Shown in pieces: positions 57,287 through 64,000 of a stretch of DNA of 64,000 nucleotides. This DNA is from an uncultured Candidatus Saccharibacteria bacterium (GTDB lineage: Bacteria > Patescibacteriota > Minisyncoccia > Phycocordibacterales > UBA9973), in NCBI GenBank assembly GCA_964505155.1, contig CAZDGL010000003.1, positions 5,728 to 69,727 of the forward strand, given 5' to 3'. Every line of letters starts with the position of its first letter. Position 1 is the stretch's first letter. The notes beneath the pieces are model-generated. The model made no database searches. It worked only from the letters and a program-made list of their open reading frames with translations, and was not told the DNA's origin. The position numbers and the translations under genes are program-made.

Positions 57287-57695
57287 GTAAGAATAAATAA
57301 GTTCTTACTTCGTAGTGAATATGTAGCTACGGAATATACAAATCAAAAAAACAAAGAAGATGAAAAAACAACGATCTGCGGAATCTCCGCCTGGCTCAAC
57401 AGCCAACATCTTTTCCGGCCACAGCGCCAAAAATATTAATTTTTATTTTCCTGTTTCCGGAATGAACCCGGTAATTTCCTGCTGATCCGCCAGCTGGCCC
57501 GGGGCTACAAATCCAACATAGGAATGTAGACCTCGGGGCCGAAGCCGGAATATTTCAAGAATCGAGCCGTATATTTACCCTGCTCAATAAGTTAGAGGGT
57601 GGCTCAAAAAAATCTGCCCATGTCGTGGCAGGCAAGATTGTGCCGGACTATCCGGTAAAAAGAGAAAGCCCCAACAAATGTTGGGGCTTATTTTA
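57287..57695 (+). ncRNA. Candidate ~400-nt structured non-coding RNA
   Basis: TTGACA(57255)-16-TATACT promoter, multi-branch GC-rich helices, terminator AAGCCCCAACA/TGTTGGGGCTT at about 57667-57689. Confidence 0.5.
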
Positions 57696-57733
57696 TTTTT
57701 TATACAAAAAAGTTTTTATGTTATCATATGTTC

Positions 57734-58774
57734 ATGTCAAACCTTTATTCAAATTCTATTTTCTTTATCGATACGGACAAGATTTTTCCCAACCCATATC
57801 AACCTCGTCGAGAATTTGAAGAAGGTCCACTTAAAGATTTGTCAGAGTCTATTCGTCAATACGGAGTGTTACAACCTTTGACAGTCTCTCGTGTAGAAAA
57901 AGAAACTCCAGAGGGAGGACTCAAGACAGAATACGAACTCATTGCCGGAGAGCGACGATTGCGCGCTGCCAAGTTGGCAGGTATACCACAAGTGCCGGTG
58001 ATTATCCGTGTCGGAGATGATCCGATGATGAAGCTTGAGCTGGCGATCATCGAAAACGTTCAGCGCGAAGATCTCAATCCTGTAGAGCGAGCCAGAAGCT
58101 TTGCGCGTTTGGTAGAGGAGTTCAAGCTTACTCACACCCAGATAGGTCAAAAGGTAGGTAAGAGTCGTGAATATGTTTCAAACTCTTTGCGTATCTTGGC
58201 GATGCCGGCAGAGCTACTCGATGCTCTTTCAGCTGGCAAGATAAATGAAGGTCACACCAGACCACTTCTCATGCTCTCTAGTCGCCCAGAAGAGCAGATG
58301 ACGCTTTTCAAGGAGATAGTTTATCGCAAGATTTCAGTGCGTGAGGCGGAACGTATAGCTCGCAGAATAGCTGTAGAGAAGTCTCGCAAAAAGGAACTCC
58401 TGCCGACACCTGAGCTGATGGAGATAGAAAAGCAGTTGGCTGAGAAGCTCGGTACTCGCGTACATATCCAAAAGAGTGAAGTCGGAGGCAAAATCACGAT
58501 AGATTATTTCTCTGATGAAGATTTAGGTGTGATAGTCGATGTTCTTGGCAAGGCTGAGGCTGGTAGAAGTAGTGCTGAGTCTTTCCAATCCATGATAGCG
58601 AGCAAGGAAGGAGGCGAGACTGTAGCTAGAGACGACCTAGCAGATAAAAACGAAGACAAGGTAGCTGAAGAAAAGCTTGAAGTAGAAATGCTCGACGATA
58701 GAGACCCACAAGAGAAAAAAGAATCAGAACAAGACGTAGACGATCTCTACAATATCAAAAACTTCTCTCTCTAA
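57734..58774 (+). CDS. parB: ParB/Spo0J partition protein
   Basis: PNPYQPRREF, YELIAGERRLRA, AIIENVQREDLNPVE.A, HTH. Confidence 0.93.
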   Translation: MSNLYSNSIFFIDTDKIFPNPYQPRREFEEGPLKDLSESIRQYGVLQPLTVSRVEKETPEGGLKTEYELIAGERRLRAAKLAGIPQVPVIIRVGDDPMMKLELAIIENVQREDLNPVERARSFARLVEEFKLTHTQIGQKVGKSREYVSNSLRILAMPAELLDALSAGKINEGHTRPLLMLSSRPEEQMTLFKEIVYRKISVREAERIARRIAVEKSRKKELLPTPELMEIEKQLAEKLGTRVHIQKSEVGGKITIDYFSDEDLGVIVDVLGKAEAGRSSAESFQSMIASKEGGETVARDDLADKNEDKVAEEKLEVEMLDDRDPQEKKESEQDVDDLYNIKNFSL

Positions 58775-60213
58775 AATTTTTCTTGGTTTTCTAGGAAGCC
58801 TCTGATCTTTCTTTTGGCGAAGCTACTTTTGGCATGATCCAACCATTTGCTAGTTGGATGAGAGTTTTTGCTAGTTGTTACCTCTACAATGTCGCCATTT
58901 TTGAGCTTGGTATCTATGCTAACCATTTTTTTGTTGACCTTGGCTGCGCTTAGATGTCCGCCAATGTCTGAGTGGATAGCATAAGCAAAATCTATAGGAC
59001 TTGAGTCTTCTGGTAAGTCTACGACATCACCTTTTGGTGTGAAGACAAATATCCGGTGGGTAAAAAAGTCGAGTTTGAGCTCGTTCATATCGTCAATACT
59101 TTTTACCATACTTGAGAGCTCTTTGAGCTGGCTCAGCCAAGACTGTTGTTCACTTGGTTTTAACTTTTTTTCTGCGGAATTTTGTTTATAAACTAAGTGT
59201 GAGGCGATACCCAACTCAGCATCATCGTGCATTTCTTTGGTTCTTATTTGAATTTCGACTATACCGTCATTTGTAATAACTGTCGTGTGAAGAGATCTAT
59301 AGCCATTTGGTTTAGGAACAGCTATCCAGTCTTTGATGCGACCTTGTACAGGTTTCCATTCCATATGCATCAAACCAAGCACTTGGTAACAATCAGGGAT
59401 ATTTTCAACCAATATTCTAAGAGCGACGATGTCATGAATCTTTTCTCTATTCATTTCATACTTAACAAGTTTTCTATACAAACTATAGGTGTGTTTAACT
59501 CTTGCTTCAACAGAGCCTTTGATACCAAAAGAATCAAGTATTTCTACAACTTGGTTTTTTACTTTTGTAACAACCTTGGTTGCCTCGGGCACCATTTGAT
59601 TCATTAGCTCTATCGTTTCTTCGCACTCTTTTGGATAAGCGAAAGGGAAGGCATAGTCTTCGAGAAGGCCTTTGAGTTTACCCATACCGAGACGTCCTGC
59701 AAGAGGTGCATAGACTTCTATGGTCTCTATAGCGATGCGTTTTTGTTTGTCCTCTCTCACATGTTCTAGGGTTTGAACATTGTGAAGTCTGTCAGCTAGT
59801 TTGATGATCAGTACGCGCACGTCTTCTGCTAGTGCGATAAAAAACTTACGCATACTTTCTACGTGGCGCTCTACGCCTTGATATTTTAGAGTTCCTAATT
59901 TTGTTACTCCTTCAACCAAAAACACTACGTCATCTCCAAATATTTCTCTGATTTCTTCTGCGCTAGCTTCTGTGTCTTCTAAGGTATCGTGAAGCAAGGC
60001 TCCAGCGATAGTAACAGCGTCAGCACCCAAGTTAGCGCAGTTTTTGGCAACTTCTACAGCGTGGTAAAAGTAGGGTTCGCCACTATTTCGCTTTTGCCCA
60101 TCGTGAGCATTTTGGGCAAAGTTGTAAGCTTCTTCTATCAAAGCCCTTTCGCTATCAGAGAGCTCTTGTTGTGAGCTTTGGTATATTTCTTCTAGAGAGG
60201 CTTTACTTTCCAT
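58771..60213 (-). CDS. RelA/SpoT (p)ppGpp hydrolase-synthetase with TGS domain, no ACT domain
   Basis: AHDGQKRNSGEPY, LLHDTLEDT, KLADRLHN, PKPNGYRSLHT, EIQIRT, FVFTPKG, DFAYAIH. Confidence 0.93.
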   Translation of the reverse strand: MESKASLEEIYQSSQQELSDSERALIEEAYNFAQNAHDGQKRNSGEPYFYHAVEVAKNCANLGADAVTIAGALLHDTLEDTEASAEEIREIFGDDVVFLVEGVTKLGTLKYQGVERHVESMRKFFIALAEDVRVLIIKLADRLHNVQTLEHVREDKQKRIAIETIEVYAPLAGRLGMGKLKGLLEDYAFPFAYPKECEETIELMNQMVPEATKVVTKVKNQVVEILDSFGIKGSVEARVKHTYSLYRKLVKYEMNREKIHDIVALRILVENIPDCYQVLGLMHMEWKPVQGRIKDWIAVPKPNGYRSLHTTVITNDGIVEIQIRTKEMHDDAELGIASHLVYKQNSAEKKLKPSEQQSWLSQLKELSSMVKSIDDMNELKLDFFTHRIFVFTPKGDVVDLPEDSSPIDFAYAIHSDIGGHLSAAKVNKKMVSIDTKLKNGDIVEVTTSKNSHPTSKWLDHAKSSFAKRKIRGFLENQEKF

Positions 60214-60319
60214 GTTGTCCATTATACAGTACCATTAGTTGTAACTAAGTTAAGCGGTGAAAATAATGTCCTCAACGTCCACACCGTTTAGCAAACCCTC
60301 CTGGTTCTCCAGGCGGGTT

Positions 60320-62524
60320 TTATTTTACTTTCTTTTGAAAGTCTCTGGGTTTTTTCTCTTGTGCCAGAAGCTCAAGTGCTTGGTTAAGGGTAATAGTATA
60401 AACGTCCAGTGGTGCCTTGATAGAGCGGAAGTTGCCATCATGAGCCACATAAGGACCAAAGCGACCATTGTTAGCGGTAACATCCTTACCACTTTCTGAG
60501 TGTGTTCCAAGGGTTCTAGGAAGAGATAAATACTTTAGCGCCATCTCTAGTGTCACAGTGCTTGGGTCAACAGTCTTTGGGATAGAAGCCATTTTTGGTT
60601 TTGGCAGGGAAGATTTTTTACCCTTTACTTTCTCTGGCATTTCTCCAAGCTGGACATAAGGGCCAAAGCGTCCGACTTTTGTAAAGATAGGTAGGGAAGT
60701 CTCCGGATCGATTCCGATAGGTTCATCAGCTTTTATCTCTGTTCCGTCTAGCATCAAAGCGCCGTTACATTCTGGATACCTGTCACAAGAGAGAAACTTA
60801 CCGCCACGACCGAGTTTGACTACCATGCCACTACCACAAACTGGACACTTGAACTTGGCGTCCGCTACTTCAAGGGTTGTAGCTTTGTCGAGCTTTTCTT
60901 TTTCTTTTACTTCTTTTTTAAAAGGAGTATAAAAGTCTTTGAGTGTTTTGGTATAGTCTCGGTCACCATTTGCGATATCGTCGAGCTCATTTTCCATTTC
61001 TGCGGTGAAGGTGTCAGAAATATAGTTCATAAAGTTTTGTTCCAAAAATGTCGAAACAACTTCACCTGTATCAGTGGGCTTGAGTGAGCGATTGATCTTT
61101 TCGATATAACCCCTGATTTCAAGAGTACTAATGATAGCTGCATAAGTAGACGGACGACCTATGCCTCGAGCTTCGAGCTCTTTGACGAGTCCTGCCTCAG
61201 AGTATCTGTTGGGTGGTTCTGTTTGTTTTTCGAGATCAGTTATCTCTACTAGATCGAGAGTGTCACCTTCTTTGACTTTTGGTAGTTCTACATCTTCACC
61301 ACGAGCGTCAGAGTCGACAGAGAGCCATCCAGCGGAGAGCAGTCTTGAGCCGTTGGCAGAAAAGTCGGGGATAGAGTCACCTTTTACATTGGCAAGGATG
61401 CGAGTCTTGAGGAGTTTGGCATCTACCATTTGTGAAGAAACAGTACGCTCCCAAATAAGTGCATAGAGACGCTTTTGTTCTTCATTGTTTCCGGCAGAGA
61501 GTTTTTCTATGTGTGTAGGGCGGATAGCTTCGTGAGCTTCTTGGGCATTTTTGGATTTGGTTTTGTAGGTTCTCTTCTCTAACATGTCTTTGCCGTACTT
61601 TTTTTCGATAAGTTTGGAAATAGAATCAACTGCTTGAACAGAGAGGTTTGTAGAGTCAGTACGCATATAAGATATGTGTCCAGCTTCGTAAAGCTTTTGT
61701 GCTACTTGCATAGTGCGACTAGGAGAAAATCCCAATCGTGAAGAAGCAGTTTGCTGAAGTGTGGAGGTGGTAAATGGCGCACGCGGAGAACGCTTTTGTT
61801 CTGATTCTTTGACCTCTTTGATGTACCAAGAGCCTGACTTTGCCTTAGACAAAATACTTTCTACTTCACTTTTTTGTTTAGGTTCTTCTACACAACCAAA
61901 GACCACTTCTTCTTTTTTGCCTGTTTTTAGTTTGGCTGAGATATTCCAATACGTCTCTGGGATAAAGGCTTTGATTTCTCGTTCACGCTCTACAAGTATA
62001 CGTAGTGCTGGAGACTGCACTCTTCCTGCTGATAGTCCGTAGCGCACCTTTTGCCAGATGATACCTGAAAGGTCGTAACCAACAAGACGGTCTAGTACTC
62101 GGCGAGCTTCTTGAGCTTTGCGTAAGTTTGTATCTATATCTCTAGGGTGTTTAAGGGCTTCTGTTACAGCTTCTTTGGTGATTTCGTTAAATGTGACTCG
62201 TGAGATAGGTGCTTTGACGCGCTTGTCAGCTTTCAGTATTTCTTCCAAGTGCCAAGCAATAGCTTCTCCTTCTCGGTCCGGGTCAGTTGCTAGCACGATA
62301 CTTTTTGCTTTTTCAGCTAGCTCTTGGAGTTCGTGAACGACTTTGTCTTTGCCTTTGCTTATCTCATAATGTGGCACAAAACCAGCTTCGATATCGATAG
62401 CTTTTTTGTTGGACTTTGGTAAGTCGCGCACATGTCCAACAGAAGCGCGCACTGTATATGCCCCATCTAGATACTTTTCAATAGTTTTTGCTTTTGAGGG
62501 TGACTCAACGATAAGTAAATTCAT
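60320..62524 (-). CDS. topA: DNA topoisomerase I
   Basis: IVESPSKAKTI, ATDPDREGEAI, SAGRVQS, YMRTDS, GIGRPSTY. Confidence 0.98.
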   Translation of the reverse strand: MNLLIVESPSKAKTIEKYLDGAYTVRASVGHVRDLPKSNKKAIDIEAGFVPHYEISKGKDKVVHELQELAEKAKSIVLATDPDREGEAIAWHLEEILKADKRVKAPISRVTFNEITKEAVTEALKHPRDIDTNLRKAQEARRVLDRLVGYDLSGIIWQKVRYGLSAGRVQSPALRILVEREREIKAFIPETYWNISAKLKTGKKEEVVFGCVEEPKQKSEVESILSKAKSGSWYIKEVKESEQKRSPRAPFTTSTLQQTASSRLGFSPSRTMQVAQKLYEAGHISYMRTDSTNLSVQAVDSISKLIEKKYGKDMLEKRTYKTKSKNAQEAHEAIRPTHIEKLSAGNNEEQKRLYALIWERTVSSQMVDAKLLKTRILANVKGDSIPDFSANGSRLLSAGWLSVDSDARGEDVELPKVKEGDTLDLVEITDLEKQTEPPNRYSEAGLVKELEARGIGRPSTYAAIISTLEIRGYIEKINRSLKPTDTGEVVSTFLEQNFMNYISDTFTAEMENELDDIANGDRDYTKTLKDFYTPFKKEVKEKEKLDKATTLEVADAKFKCPVCGSGMVVKLGRGGKFLSCDRYPECNGALMLDGTEIKADEPIGIDPETSLPIFTKVGRFGPYVQLGEMPEKVKGKKSSLPKPKMASIPKTVDPSTVTLEMALKYLSLPRTLGTHSESGKDVTANNGRFGPYVAHDGNFRSIKAPLDVYTITLNQALELLAQEKKPRDFQKKVK

Positions 62525-62606
62525 ATTTGTTCATGAAGTAGTACCATGATAATAAAAAAAGGGCAAATTTAAAAATACGAAAGCCGTCTCATAGGACGGC
62601 TTTATT

Positions 62607-62711
62607 TTATGTTTTGGTAATGATTTTTTGATGTCTTGGCTTATAGAAAGCCACTTTTGTACAGAGTCTGATTTTTGATTTCCAGTTGAAGAATAATTTT
62701 ATTTTTCTCAT
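62607..62711 (-). CDS. Possible 34-aa basic peptide
   Basis: MRKIKLFFNWKSKIRLCTKVAFYKPRHQKIITKT* followed by terminator AAGCCGTC..GACGGCTT. Confidence 0.25.
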   Translation of the reverse strand: MRKIKLFFNWKSKIRLCTKVAFYKPRHQKIITKT

Positions 62712-62750
62712 TCAATGATATTTTTTATAATCCTACAACTTTTTTTATTT

Positions 62751-63623
62751 TTAGGCAATTCGCTCTATAAGCCCATAGCTTTCTTTTATTAACCCCTTGA
62801 TCTCAAGAGTAGAAAATATCACGTTGGCTTCGCTAGTGCTAAGCCCCAACTCTTCGATGATGGTGTCTTTAGTTTTGGGTTCGTTTAGTGCGTCGAGTAC
62901 TCTGCCTTCAGCTTCATTTACCACCAAAGCAGACAGTGGCATATCCTTTTTCTCAAGGCCAAGTTCTTTGAGAATGTCTTCGCTTGAAGTTATTGGTACA
63001 GCGCCGAGGCGAAGTAGCCAGTTGGTACCAGATGAAGAAGAACTAAAGATGCTTCCTGGTACAGCGCCGACTATCTTGTTGTACTCAGTACCAAGTCTGG
63101 CAGTGATGAGAGCGCCAGACTTTCCTTGGGCTTCTACTATGATGACTATGTCAGCGATGCCGGCAACTATTCTGTTTCGCCTCGGAAATGTCCAGATAGC
63201 TCCGCGTGTTTCTTCTGGATATTCAGAAAAAAGCGCACCGCCTTTTTTGAGGATTTCTTTTGCCAAATCCCTGTTGATTGCTGGATGAATGTATTTCCAG
63301 CCGAGACCAGATCCCGGAAAAGAGATAGTAGTAAGACCAGCATCCAAAGAAGCCTTGTGCGCTACTGTATCTATGCCCATGGCAAGCCCCGAAACTATAG
63401 CAACATTGTACCCACGCAAGCCTTCTATAAGTGCTCGACAAGCATTCATCCCATAACTAGTACAAGCCCGAGAGCCAACAAAAGCCACAATCTTTTTGTG
63501 TTTGATATTTTCAAGTGTTCCTCTCATGTAGAGTTGCTTGGGCTTTTGTGGTATTTCAGAAAGAGAAGGGAAAACTTCAAAATGGTTTATTTCTTTGATG
63601 GGAAATTCCTCGCTACTATCCAT
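62751..63623 (-). CDS. dprA: DNA processing protein DprA
   Basis: VGSR..T.YG, VSGLAMGID, FPRRNRIVAG, SGALITA; canonical dprA-topA order. Confidence 0.95.
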   Translation of the reverse strand: MDSSEEFPIKEINHFEVFPSLSEIPQKPKQLYMRGTLENIKHKKIVAFVGSRACTSYGMNACRALIEGLRGYNVAIVSGLAMGIDTVAHKASLDAGLTTISFPGSGLGWKYIHPAINRDLAKEILKKGGALFSEYPEETRGAIWTFPRRNRIVAGIADIVIIVEAQGKSGALITARLGTEYNKIVGAVPGSIFSSSSSGTNWLLRLGAVPITSSEDILKELGLEKKDMPLSALVVNEAEGRVLDALNEPKTKDTIIEELGLSTSEANVIFSTLEIKGLIKESYGLIERIA

Positions 63624-63662
63624 AGTATTGAATAATTGTAGCATTTTGGTACTATGAGAGAT

Positions 63663-64000
63663 ATGTTAGATATTAAATTTATCAGGGAAAACCCTGACCT
63701 TATCAAAGACGCAGTGCGCAAAAAGCACCTATCCTTTGATGTTGACACTCTTCTTGCTGTCGAAGAAAAAAGAAAACAAACTCTTTCTCACTTTGAATCT
63801 CTAAGAGCAAAGCAAAACGAACTCTCAGATGAGATACCAAAGGCAAGTGACCAAAGCAAAAGAGCGGAGCTTATAGAAGCCCTCAAACCTATCAAAGAAG
63901 AAGTTCAAAAGGCTGAAGAGTCTGTGCGTGAAGTAACCAAAGAGTGGCAACAACTCATGCTCCAAGTACCAAACGTGCCAGATGTTTCTGTACCAGAAGG
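63663..64000 (+). CDS. serS: Seryl-tRNA synthetase, 5' part (runs off the window)
   Basis: MLDIKFIRENPDLIK...coiled coil...LQVPNVPD.SVPEG. Confidence 0.9.
   Translation, partial: MLDIKFIRENPDLIKDAVRKKHLSFDVDTLLAVEEKRKQTLSHFESLRAKQNELSDEIPKASDQSKRAELIEALKPIKEEVQKAEESVREVTKEWQQLMLQVPNVPDVSVPE

Noticed and set aside
57080-57439. 119-aa ORF over tRNA-Leu
   Set aside because: Overlaps a tRNA gene and promoter; spurious.
57564-57605. Group II intron domain V (starts GAGCCGTAT)
   Set aside because: Length and 3' strand do not fit domain V, and no maturase is present.
1-64000. CRISPR array, rRNA, transposase, alternative genetic code
   Set aside because: No repeat-spacer array, rRNA or transposase motifs seen; conserved genes are full length in the standard code.

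Overview
Low-GC, tightly packed bacterial chromosome segment in the standard genetic code. Gene content and style point to a Patescibacteria/CPR (Parcubacteria-like) genome: archaeal-type ProRS, reduced UvrC, a stand-alone VirD4-like ATPase, a DUF5667/ECF pair, small GC-rich palindromic repeats, and -10 boxes placed just before ATG. This assignment is inference, not a database result. 1-22.3 kb is a cell-surface island: the 3' end of a fibre-like protein with a putative self-cleaving chaperone domain, a serine hydrolase, a BRO-N/Hsp20 fusion, a ~3000-aa beta-strand-repeat giant protein without a beta-barrel, two paralogous WxL/pilin-like subunits with a membrane-anchored DUF916-like partner, one dockerin and two cohesin proteins, and two output-less BvgS-type sensors. 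22.3-64 kb is mostly housekeeping (tRNA-Thr/Trp/Leu, tsf, rpsB, proS, mreBC, tgt, uvrB/A/C, rlmB, ndh, udg, ychF, rpmG, miaA, parB, relA/spoT, topA, dprA, serS). The most notable observations are: crtB-crtI and a LyeJ/CrtEb-like prenyltransferase inside the uvr cluster; several hairpin-dense non-coding stretches bounded by promoter-like motifs and terminators (candidate ncRNAs of about 580, 400 and 225 nt); in-frame palindromic insertions in miaA and probably uvrA/uvrB; an interrupted partial tRNA-Thr duplicate; and self-contained orphan gene cassettes. All family assignments come from motif recognition by eye.
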